From the NCBI GenBank assembly GCA_039922495.1, contig JBDTEO010000024.1:30459-94458 (forward strand): a stretch of 64,000 nt of DNA. Direction: 5' to 3'. The first letter of the stretch is position 1. Each line of letters opens with the position of its first letter. This document shows positions 1 through 8,238 of the stretch, piece by piece. The DNA is from Candidatus Dormibacter sp. GTDB taxonomy: Bacteria > Chloroflexota > Dormibacteria > CF-121. The notes under the pieces are model-generated. The model was not told where the DNA came from and ran no database searches. It saw only the letters and a list, made by a program, of their open reading frames with translations. The position numbers and the translations under genes are program-made.

Positions 1-648
1 GCCGAACCAGCCAAACCACAGGAGGCTGGCACCGAGGATGACCATCGTGGCGTCATGCGGCTCGGATTTGGCTTTCCCGAACCCGAGCCGGCGGCCGAGG
101 ACGAGCGCCGCGACCAGGGCGGAAACGCCGGAGCTGATATGAACGACGGTGCCACCGGCGAAGTCCAGCGCTCCCATATTGTGCAGCCACCCGCCCGCGC
201 CCCAGACCCAGTGCGCGATCGGGTCGTAGACGAAGGTGGCCCAGAGCAGCGAGAAGATGACGAACGCCTTGAAACGCTTCCGCTCGGCAAAGGCGCCCGT
301 GATCAGGGCAGGCGTGATGACGGCGAACATCATCTGGAAGACCATGAAGGCCTGGTGGGGAATGGTCGGGGCGTAATCCGCGTTGGGGGTGAAGCCGACG
401 TTGTTCAGCCCGACCCACTCGAGCCCCCCGATGATGTGGAACTTGTCGGGCCCGAAGGCAAGGCTGTAACCAAAGAGGACCCACTGGATGCTAATGAGGC
501 AAAGAATGAAGAAGCTGTGGCCGATCGTCGACAGCACATTTTTGCGACGCACCAGTCCGCCGTAGAAGAACCCCAGTGCTGGCGTCATCAACATCACGAG
601 CGCGGCGGATGCGAGGACCCAGGCGGTATCGCCAGCATTGATTTTCAT
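1..648 (-). CDS. amt: Ammonium transporter Amt (partial, C-terminus beyond window start)
   Basis: Reverse-strand frame open from 648 (ATG) to position 1. The translation [37 protein letters not shown]...[22 protein letters not shown] is a classic Amt/MEP signature. It is not in the ORF track because it runs off the window edge. Confidence 0.9.
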   Translation of the reverse strand, partial: MKINAGDTAWVLASAALVMLMTPALGFFYGGLVRRKNVLSTIGHSFFILCLISIQWVLFGYSLAFGPDKFHIIGGLEWVGLNNVGFTPNADYAPTIPHQAFMVFQMMFAVITPALITGAFAERKRFKAFVIFSLLWATFVYDPIAHWVWGAGGWLHNMGALDFAGGTVVHISSGVSALVAALVLGRRLGFGKAKSEPHDATMVILGASLLWFGWFG

Positions 649-758
649 GCCGGCCATTGTCCAGAGATTTCCGCACCCTGAAAATGGACGAGTGACACGG
701 AAGTGTACGGCGCACTTCGTGCGCCGTACACAAAAGGGCGGTTTCTAGCGGGCGGTCG

Positions 759-2621
759 TCACGCCGCGACGACGGGAGCGGCTTCCGCGCCCGGTTCCTG
801 CTTGCGGCCGCGCATCGGCACGTCCTTGAGGAAGACCGAGGCGATCAACGCCAGCACGAGAACGGCGGCGCCGAGCAGGAAGATTTCGTGCAGGGAGTTC
901 GCCAGCCCAACCCGGATCGCATGCAGGACCTGGTCGAAGAGCGGGACCAACTGCGGGGGGAGGGCGGCGCGGGCGGCGGTGATCTTGGAGGCGTCGAACA
1001 AGGTCTGGGCGCTGCTGCTGGCGCCCTTCGGCGCGAAATTGGCGGCGGCCGGCGGGAGGCCCGCCAGTTGCGTCTGGATGTTGGCCTCCAACCGGGACAC
1101 GAGGAGCGACCCGAGGACGGCGGTCCCGATGGTGCCGCCCATGTTGCGCCAGAACTGGATCTGGCTGGTCGCGACGCCCAGGAACGCACGGGACACGGCG
1201 CTCTGGACCGCATTGATATAGAGCGGGAAGGTGGTGCCAAGGCCGGCGCCCACGATCACGATGTCGCGAACGACCTCGAGCCGGCTGGTGCCGGTGGTGA
1301 CCTGCGAAAGCAACCACATCCCGACCATCATCACGGCGATCCCGGCCGTACCCAGGAAGCGATACCGCTTGATCCGGACCATCAACTGTCCGCTGATCAC
1401 GCTGGCAAAGACCAGGCCGAGCATCATCGGAGTCAGGAGCTGGCCGGAATTGGTGGCGCTGATGCCGAGCACGCCCTGATAGATCAAGGGGACGAAGATG
1501 ATGGAGCCGAACATGGCGAAGCCGGTCAGCGCGCCGACGAGCACCGAGACCGAGAAGGTGCGGTCGGTAAACATCCGGAAGGGGACGATCGGATGCTCGC
1601 CTCGCTGCTCGACGATAAAGAAGAGGCCGAGCATGACGGCCGCGATCCCGAACAGACCCAGCACCTCGACCGAGGTCCAGGCATGGTCGCGGGTGATCGT
1701 CAGGGCGGTCAGCAGCGGTGCGACGCCGGCAACGAGGAGCGCCGCGCCGGCGAAGTCAATGTCCCGCCAGGAGGCCCTGGTGCGGACGAACGGCATGGTG
1801 CTGGCCACCGTCAGGACGGCAAGGATGCCGACCGGCACGTTGACGTAAAAGACCCAGCGCCAGCCCAGGTTGTCGGTCAGGTAGCCGCCGACGGTTGGGC
1901 CCAGCACCGAGGATAGGCCGAAGACCGCCCCGAAGAGACCCTGGACCCGGGCGCGAACCGCCGGCGGGTAGAGGTCGCCGATGACGGTGAAGACGGTGGC
2001 GAAAAGGATCCCACCGAAGATGCCCTGGATGCCTCGGAAGGCGATCAGTTCGAGCATGTTTTGTGACAGGCCGCAGAGCGCGGAGGCGCCAACGAAGCCG
2101 ATCATGCCGGTGAGCAGGAAGGGCTTGCGCCCAAAGAGGTCACCGAGCTTGCCCGCGATCGGCACCATGACGGTGGAGGCGACCAGGTAGACCGTGGTCA
2201 CCAGCGTGTAGTAGGCAAGGCCGTTTAGATCGGCGACGATCCGCGGCATGGCGGTGCCGACGATCGTCTGGTCGAGGGCGGCCAGCAAGAGCGCGAGCAT
2301 CGTGCCGATCGTGACCAGGATCAACCGGGTCCGGCTCAGGCCCTCGCCCATGCTGCGGCGCTCCTCGGGGGTGGCATGTCCATTGGACGAGCCCTTTCCG
2401 TTCGGCTGCGCGTTCCCATTCGGGTGCGGACGCGTCGATGCCTCGAGCCTCAACTGGAGGGATTGCAGCTGTTCCCGCAGGTCATCCACCCGCTTCAACG
2501 CGGCCTCGCGCTCGTTGATGGGGTACTGGCTGGGGTTCTTGGCGACGTGCCGTTTGATTACCTCAGCCCGATCCAGCTCCTGCTGGGCTTGCTCGTACTG
2601 TTCTAATACCGATGCGCTCAT
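759..2621 (-). CDS. MFS drug:H+ antiporter (DHA2/EmrB-QacA family, 14 TMS) with ~95-aa N-terminal coiled-coil extension
   Basis: 620 aa. DHA2 motifs (LDQTIVGTAMPRIVADLNGL, many TM segments). Start overlaps the marR stop (ATGA). Confidence 0.88.
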   Translation of the reverse strand: MSASVLEQYEQAQQELDRAEVIKRHVAKNPSQYPINEREAALKRVDDLREQLQSLQLRLEASTRPHPNGNAQPNGKGSSNGHATPEERRSMGEGLSRTRLILVTIGTMLALLLAALDQTIVGTAMPRIVADLNGLAYYTLVTTVYLVASTVMVPIAGKLGDLFGRKPFLLTGMIGFVGASALCGLSQNMLELIAFRGIQGIFGGILFATVFTVIGDLYPPAVRARVQGLFGAVFGLSSVLGPTVGGYLTDNLGWRWVFYVNVPVGILAVLTVASTMPFVRTRASWRDIDFAGAALLVAGVAPLLTALTITRDHAWTSVEVLGLFGIAAVMLGLFFIVEQRGEHPIVPFRMFTDRTFSVSVLVGALTGFAMFGSIIFVPLIYQGVLGISATNSGQLLTPMMLGLVFASVISGQLMVRIKRYRFLGTAGIAVMMVGMWLLSQVTTGTSRLEVVRDIVIVGAGLGTTFPLYINAVQSAVSRAFLGVATSQIQFWRNMGGTIGTAVLGSLLVSRLEANIQTQLAGLPPAAANFAPKGASSSAQTLFDASKITAARAALPPQLVPLFDQVLHAIRVGLANSLHEIFLLGAAVLVLALIASVFLKDVPMRGRKQEPGAEAAPVVAA

Positions 2622-3217
2622 AGCTTGCCCCCATTCGCCCCGGCTGGCTTGCCGCCGGTCAATTTTTCAACGAGGCGTAACGAGAGATGCCGAAGCTGCG
2701 CCAGCTCTTCGGACGAGAAGTCTTCAACCATCGCCACCTGGCCATCGCGGGCCTGCTGCCAGAGATCTTCGACGGTCTTGAGGCCGTTGGCGGTCAGGCG
2801 GGCCTGGATCGATCGCCGATCGGCGCTGTCGGGCACGCGCTCGACGAGGCCGTCCTTCTCCAGGTGGTCGATCAGCCCGGTCACGTTGCGCGGGCTGACG
2901 TCCAGGTGCTCGGCGATCTCGCCAAGCGGTAGCTGGTGCTGCGGGGCACGGCCCAGCTGGAAGAGAACGAAGAGCCGTCCCTCGCTCAGGCCGTGGCGTT
3001 CGGCAAACCGGCCCATCTGATGGCGCATCGCCTTGCCCGCCATCCGCAGGGCGGCGACCGCCTCTGACGCCTCGCTATTGGACTGGCCAACGGGGTCCCT
3101 GGCGAGCATTTCGCGGACCCGGCGGTCGAAGAGCCGGCCGTCCGGGCCGGTACAAAGGTGGCTTCCGAGGTCGAGGTGAGTCGCGGTTTGGGGGTTCTGC
3201 ATAGTGAAGTGCTTCAT
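2618..3217 (-). CDS. MarR-family transcriptional regulator
   Basis: 199 aa. Winged-helix MarR core (LGEIAEHLDVSPRNVTGLIDHLEKDGLVERVPDSADRRS). Translationally coupled to the downstream MFS pump. Confidence 0.9.
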   Translation of the reverse strand: MKHFTMQNPQTATHLDLGSHLCTGPDGRLFDRRVREMLARDPVGQSNSEASEAVAALRMAGKAMRHQMGRFAERHGLSEGRLFVLFQLGRAPQHQLPLGEIAEHLDVSPRNVTGLIDHLEKDGLVERVPDSADRRSIQARLTANGLKTVEDLWQQARDGQVAMVEDFSSEELAQLRHLSLRLVEKLTGGKPAGANGGKL

Positions 3218-3240
3218 TGTTACCCACTACACGATACCTG

Positions 3241-3894
3241 TCAAACCGGAACTCGTGGTTGGTGCCAGGTGCGTTTGTCGTGACAGAAATGCACGGCGGC
3301 GGGTTTGACCGCTCGGAGCTTGGCCAGCGAGCGCTCGAAGGCCGGCGGGTCTTCCATCGTGCCCTCAGGGGGCGGCCGGCCATTGAATTGGCCCACCGTC
3401 CAGCAGGCGTCGCCGGTGAAGAGCGCCGGCCCGGTTGTGGTATCGACCTCGATGCTCTGGTGGCCGGGGGTATGGCCGGGAGTCGTTAGAACTCGAACCC
3501 CCGGGACGATCTCGTGCTCGCCGTCCAGCAGCTCGACGCGGGCGCCTGCGTAATCGAGCCACTCCCGGACGGTGTACCCCGGCTCGGCCCGGCGCTCGTA
3601 CTCGCCCCGCTGGACGTAAATCGGGGCGTGTGGAAAGACGGCGTTCTGGCCGCAGTGGTCGAAGTGCAGGTGCGAGTTGATGACCCAGCGAATGTCCGAT
3701 GGCTCCACGTCGTGCTGACGCAGCGCCGCGACGATCGGTGCCTCCACGGCCCGGTACTCCTTGATCAGCTCGACGTTGGTGCCATAGCCGGTGTCGATCA
3801 GTCCGGCGCCACCGGGATGCTTGACCAGGAAGCCATGCACGGGAATCTGAATCTTGAGACCCGGCAGGAACAAGCGCCCGAGGTTCAGTCGCAC
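3241..3894 (-). CDS. MBL-fold metallo-hydrolase (AHL-lactonase-like)
   Basis: HLHFDHCGQN (HxHxDH) metal-binding motif; 217 aa. Confidence 0.8.
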   Translation of the reverse strand: MRLNLGRLFLPGLKIQIPVHGFLVKHPGGAGLIDTGYGTNVELIKEYRAVEAPIVAALRQHDVEPSDIRWVINSHLHFDHCGQNAVFPHAPIYVQRGEYERRAEPGYTVREWLDYAGARVELLDGEHEIVPGVRVLTTPGHTPGHQSIEVDTTTGPALFTGDACWTVGQFNGRPPPEGTMEDPPAFERSLAKLRAVKPAAVHFCHDKRTWHQPRVPV

Positions 3895-4219
3895 GATCGC
3901 GTCAGGGTCGAGGACCGCGGTTGCCAGGGCTCAAATATAGGTTCTCCGCCGCCGGGACTAGTAGCCTGCCCGGTCCGAGGGAGCGATCAGGTGCGGCAGG
4001 GACCGATTCCTAATCTGTTCCAGCCGCCGCACTCGCTGCTCGGGGTCGCCGCCAGTCCGGTCGCAGTAGCCGATGACTTCAAAGTCCGAGCTCGTCCAGG
4101 CGCCTGAACGTGGTCAGGTCAGCGCAGGCGAAGATAGCGTCAGGCGCGCCGCGCCCATCGGCCATCCGAGGCATGAGCAGGCGTCGTCACGCCAACCGAG
4201 TCGACTGGTTTCGTATGCG

Positions 4220-5158
4220 TCAGCGCCAGAATTCGGCGAGCTGCTCGGCAAGGCCTCTGCCTTGGTCGCAACCGGCTCGAGCGGCGGGCGGACGCGTCGA
4301 CGGATCCATCACATTGACGCCGAATGCGTCGCGGGAGTTGCTGTCCGGGAAGATCGTTTCGACCCTGCTGCCGCGTGCGCGAAGTTCGTCGACCTGCGTT
4401 GCGAGATGCATGCCCCAGTCCAGCGGATGCCGTGATCTGCCGCCGAATGGAGACAGCACCAGCACCCGTGCGTATCCGGCTGCCAGATCGGCATTCTCGT
4501 TTCTTCGGTAGCCGCCGTCGATGTAGGGGCTGTCGCCGATACTGTAGGCGAAGCCACTGGCACAGCTGGCGGCCACGGCGTCCACCACGTCGACCCCGCT
4601 GTGGCGGTCGAACACGACCGGTTCACCGGTATGCGCATCGACCGCCGTGATGAGCATCCGCCGTTGCGGCCAGAGCTGACTGGGCAGCCGAGCGGCGACG
4701 GTAGTGCGCCACTGCGTTTGCGCAGACCGGTGCGACGCTGCACCCGTCTCGAGCGCCGCCGCACCCATCCTGCGGCGCATGTCGGCCGCATCCTCAGCGG
4801 CGGCGATGATTGCGCTCGTCGTCTCCATGTGGTTCGTCGCCGGCCTAATCGGAACGCGTCCACCGTCGGATCCCACCGGAGAAGTCCGTGGCTGGGGCGC
4901 CGCGCCAAGGATGTCGGCAAGCAGTTCGGTCGGCTGGATCCCGTTGCTTACCTGGGCCGCGGCGGTCGATCCGGCCGACGTCCCGATGATCAGATCGGCC
5001 TGGGTCACATCCAACCCGGCCTCAAATAGACCAGCGATGACGCCGATCAGCCACGCATTGCCTGCCGATCCGCCACCACCCAGGACCAATGCTCGCTCGC
5101 CCGCGGCGCGCGAGCGCCTTGAGGCGTCGAGCTGCTGGTCGGCCAGGTTCAACTTCAT
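4220..5158 (-). CDS. Patatin-like phospholipase
   Basis: Oxyanion-hole glycine run GGGGSAG and GTSAGS (GxSxG) nucleophile elbow. Catalytic Asp context DGG. Confidence 0.85.
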   Translation of the reverse strand: MKLNLADQQLDASRRSRAAGERALVLGGGGSAGNAWLIGVIAGLFEAGLDVTQADLIIGTSAGSTAAAQVSNGIQPTELLADILGAAPQPRTSPVGSDGGRVPIRPATNHMETTSAIIAAAEDAADMRRRMGAAALETGAASHRSAQTQWRTTVAARLPSQLWPQRRMLITAVDAHTGEPVVFDRHSGVDVVDAVAASCASGFAYSIGDSPYIDGGYRRNENADLAAGYARVLVLSPFGGRSRHPLDWGMHLATQVDELRARGSRVETIFPDSNSRDAFGVNVMDPSTRPPAARAGCDQGRGLAEQLAEFWR

Positions 5159-5249
5159 ATTGGGGATTAGATCAGACCTTCAGCTCAAGTGTCATTGCCG
5201 CACGCTCGCCCGAGTCGGTGTCACGTCGCCCGACAACGGTAGCTTCGGA

Positions 5250-6512
5250 TCAGGCCTTCAACAGTGGCAGCAGCTCGAAGTTCCCGCCCAGGAGATCTGA
5301 CGCGGGCGCGCCCAGGTAGTTCTGGAGTACCGAGGCATAGACCGAGCGGAAGTCCGTGGTGAAGTTCAGGTTGCCGTTGGTCAACGCTGTCAGGCTCGGT
5401 GCCTCGCCATAGAGGCCGCCCTTGACCGGGGTGCCCAGCAGGAACATCGGGGCCGCCGTGCCGTGGTCGGTCCCGGCGCTGCCGTTCTCGTTGACGCGAC
5501 GCCCGAACTCGGACCAGGTCATCACGAGCACCTGGTCGCCGAGACCATGACCCTGCAGATCCTGCATGAAGGCCGCCAGCGCCTGGTCCAGGTCGAGCAG
5601 GAGCTTGTCGTGGACCGGTTTCTCGCGGGCGTGGTTGTCGAACCCGCCCAGGGTCACGTGTGCCACCCGGACCCCGAGTCCCGAGATGATCGTCTCGGCG
5701 ATCAGCTTGAGCGAGCTGGCGATGGGACTGTTTGTCGGGTAGGTCGCCTTCGCCTGGTAGGTCGCGTCGGTCGTCTGCAGCGCATGGGACGCCTGCAGCG
5801 CATCCTGCAGGGTCGTGTCGAAGAGCGCGCCGTAAGGGGCCGGCGCCGAGGTCTTGAGTCCTCCGTACATCTTCACCAGCGGGTTCTCGACGTCCACCTG
5901 GGTGCCGTGCTCATTGACCTTCTGGACGCGGAAGGTCTTGAGCGACTGCAGCGCCATCACCGGCGACTTCCCGCGCATCTCCGGGGGAACCAGCGAGCCG
6001 GCGCTGACGCCTTCGAGGGCATGGTTCGGGCTCTCGCCCACCTGGTCGAGGTAATTCAAATACCGGCCGAGCCAGCCGTCGCCGAAACCACCCTGGATCG
6101 TCGCCGTCTCCCAGATCGACATCGAGGCGAAGTGGGAAAGGTTCGGGTTCGGGTAGCCGACACCCTGGACGATCGCCAGCCGGCCGGCATCCCAGCTCGC
6201 CTTCAACCCCTTGAGATTTGGATGCAGTCCCACCTGGTTGTCCAGGGTCAGGACCCCTTGATCCTGCCGGAGCGTCGGGCGGGCATCGTGGTACGCCCCG
6301 TCCTGGTACGGGATCACGGTGTTGAGCCCGTCGTTGCCGCCGGCGAGTTGGACCAGCACCAGGATGCGGTCGCTGGGGCTGGCCGATGGGGAGTCCGCGG
6401 CCGCCGCGGCGATCCCGTTGGCAAAGATCGAGGGGACAGCCGACCCGGCGAATGCCGGCAGCAGTCCCCGTTGCAGAAAATCGCGGCGGCTGAACATTGA
6501 CTTCATCTCCAT
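5250..6512 (-). CDS. DUF1501-family protein (sulfatase-like fold), Tat signal
   Basis: Twin-arginine motif SRRDFLQRG at N-terminus. DUF1501-like core. Start/stop shared with the upstream DUF1800 gene. Confidence 0.78.
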   Translation of the reverse strand: MEMKSMFSRRDFLQRGLLPAFAGSAVPSIFANGIAAAAADSPSASPSDRILVLVQLAGGNDGLNTVIPYQDGAYHDARPTLRQDQGVLTLDNQVGLHPNLKGLKASWDAGRLAIVQGVGYPNPNLSHFASMSIWETATIQGGFGDGWLGRYLNYLDQVGESPNHALEGVSAGSLVPPEMRGKSPVMALQSLKTFRVQKVNEHGTQVDVENPLVKMYGGLKTSAPAPYGALFDTTLQDALQASHALQTTDATYQAKATYPTNSPIASSLKLIAETIISGLGVRVAHVTLGGFDNHAREKPVHDKLLLDLDQALAAFMQDLQGHGLGDQVLVMTWSEFGRRVNENGSAGTDHGTAAPMFLLGTPVKGGLYGEAPSLTALTNGNLNFTTDFRSVYASVLQNYLGAPASDLLGGNFELLPLLKA

Positions 6513-7975
6513 TAGCTCAGTTGGAATTCCGGTGTGGCGAGGGTCATGAACAGCAGCCCGGCGGCGTCGCTCGGGTGCGCGGCGGCAAACGCGTGCAGTT
6601 GGTCGCGGCTGTCCGACGAAACGTTGGCGTCGACCAGCGAGTTCAACAGCTGGTCGAGTGATGCCGACTGGACGTTGCCTTTTGCCCGCGCCGCCGCGGC
6701 GTTGGCGAAATTGATCCGCGCGAGCAACGTCGAGCTGTTGATCCAGGAGGTCCCGGCCGGCCAGCCGGCGACGTTGGGCGGGTAAAAGAGCAGCTGGCCC
6801 ATCGCTGGCATGGCCGCGGCTGCTGCGAGGTATCCCTTGTGATCGGCGCCCGTCGCCTTGAGCACGCTCGCGGCGAGTTCCGCCGGACTCTTGATCAGCG
6901 ACCGGTACGCCTTTAAGGTATAGAACGCGTCAAGGTGAAAGATCGCCTTGACGACCGCGCCGACGTTGTAGTGGTTTGCCTGGAAGACATCCGCCAGGTG
7001 GTGGACGATGTCTGCCTCCGGGTTCGGGTAGGCGAAGAAGGCAAAGAGGCGCGACGACAGGCGTTCGGCGGTGGCGCGGAGCGGGACGATTATCTCGACG
7101 ATGTCGTCGCCGGTGAAGGTGCCGAGTTTTCCCATGAAGGTCTTTATGCCTCCATCGTGGAACTGAGGCTTAAAGAGCGACCCCGTCGCATAGCGTTTCT
7201 GGACGCCGCCGCTCAGCGTCCAACCCGTGAAGGCGCGGGCGGATTCCCGGACGTCGTCCTCCGTGTAGTGGCCGATCCCGGTGGTAAAGAGCTCCATCAG
7301 CTCGCGCGCGTAGTTCTCGTTAGGCTTGCCCTTCCGGTTGGTCTCGGTGTCGAGATAGACCATCATCGCCGGGTCCTTGGAGACGGCTTGCAGCAACTCG
7401 TCGAAGTTACCCAGCGCCATCCGGCGATAGAGCTCGTTCTGGACGAAGAGCTGCGCCGGACCCGATTTGTCGAGCCCGCTGGTGAGGAGCCCATGCCAGA
7501 AGAGCGTCATCTTCTCCTCGAGCGGCCGTGCCGTCTCGGTCATACGCTGCAGCCACCAGGCTTGTAGGCCGGCCACGGTCGCCGCGCCCGGCCTCATGGT
7601 GGCGGGATCCAGTGGTGGGAGGGCGGACTCCAGCGAGGCGTTCGATACGTTGGAGTAGCCGAGCAGGGCGTCGGTCGCCGCGCTGGTGCCCATGGCGCTG
7701 TAGTGATCGAGCTCGGTTGCGGTCGCCCCCAAGCCTGCTCGCCGAAGCAGGTGGGCGGTGCGGGCCCGCGGGCTGGTGAGGATCCCCTCGTATTGATGCG
7801 TCAGGTCCCGGACCCTGGTCAGGATCCCGGCTAAATCGTTGCCCTTCCAGAGCGCGGCTACGCCGGCGGCGGCCGCGGTGGTGGCACCCGCAGCCAGCAC
7901 GGCGCGTCGTGACACCGGCCGTTGCCAGATGGGGCGACGGGCCGTGGGCAAGGGCGTCAGGGTGGTGTCGTCCAT
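6512..7975 (-). CDS. DUF1800-family protein
   Basis: 487 aa. Commonly paired with DUF1501. Tat-like N-terminus (RRAVLAAGATTAAAAG). Confidence 0.72.
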   Translation of the reverse strand: MDDTTLTPLPTARRPIWQRPVSRRAVLAAGATTAAAAGVAALWKGNDLAGILTRVRDLTHQYEGILTSPRARTAHLLRRAGLGATATELDHYSAMGTSAATDALLGYSNVSNASLESALPPLDPATMRPGAATVAGLQAWWLQRMTETARPLEEKMTLFWHGLLTSGLDKSGPAQLFVQNELYRRMALGNFDELLQAVSKDPAMMVYLDTETNRKGKPNENYARELMELFTTGIGHYTEDDVRESARAFTGWTLSGGVQKRYATGSLFKPQFHDGGIKTFMGKLGTFTGDDIVEIIVPLRATAERLSSRLFAFFAYPNPEADIVHHLADVFQANHYNVGAVVKAIFHLDAFYTLKAYRSLIKSPAELAASVLKATGADHKGYLAAAAAMPAMGQLLFYPPNVAGWPAGTSWINSSTLLARINFANAAAARAKGNVQSASLDQLLNSLVDANVSSDSRDQLHAFAAAHPSDAAGLLFMTLATPEFQLS

Positions 7976-8071
7976 GATGATCAGGCTACGAACGGCCGGT
8001 GAAGATACGCTGAGATCCCGCTGAGAGCCGTCGTGAATACGACGGCCGGGGAGCGGTGCCCTTGCTCGGGG

Positions 8072-8203
8072 CTAGTAGCCGGGCTTTGAGCTGCTGGAGC
8101 TAGCTCCGCTGGAGCCGGACCCGGACCCGCTGCCGCCACAGGCGGCCAGCGTACCGGCCAGGGCCAGGCTGGCCAGCGCCACGGCGAGCCATCGCTTGGT
8201 CAT
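8072..8203 (-). CDS. Small putative lipoprotein (43 aa, Gly/Ser-rich)
   Basis: Reverse-strand ORF MTKRWLAVALASLALAGTLAACGGSGSGSGSSGASSSSSKPGY. It has a signal peptide plus LAAC lipobox. It is below the ORF-track length cut-off and is a low-complexity tail. Confidence 0.35.
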   Translation of the reverse strand: MTKRWLAVALASLALAGTLAACGGSGSGSGSSGASSSSSKPGY

Positions 8204-8238
8204 GCGGGTAGCTACTGCTGCGGGTTACGGCTGGCGAT

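Noticed and set aside
3950-4110. Possible minus-strand gene remnant (…DFEVIGYCDRTGGDPEQRVRRLEQIRN…Y*) in the 325-bp gap between the MBL hydrolase and patatin genes
   Set aside because: Only about 50 codons are open, with an upstream in-frame stop and no start. It could be a decayed gene fragment but cannot be supported.
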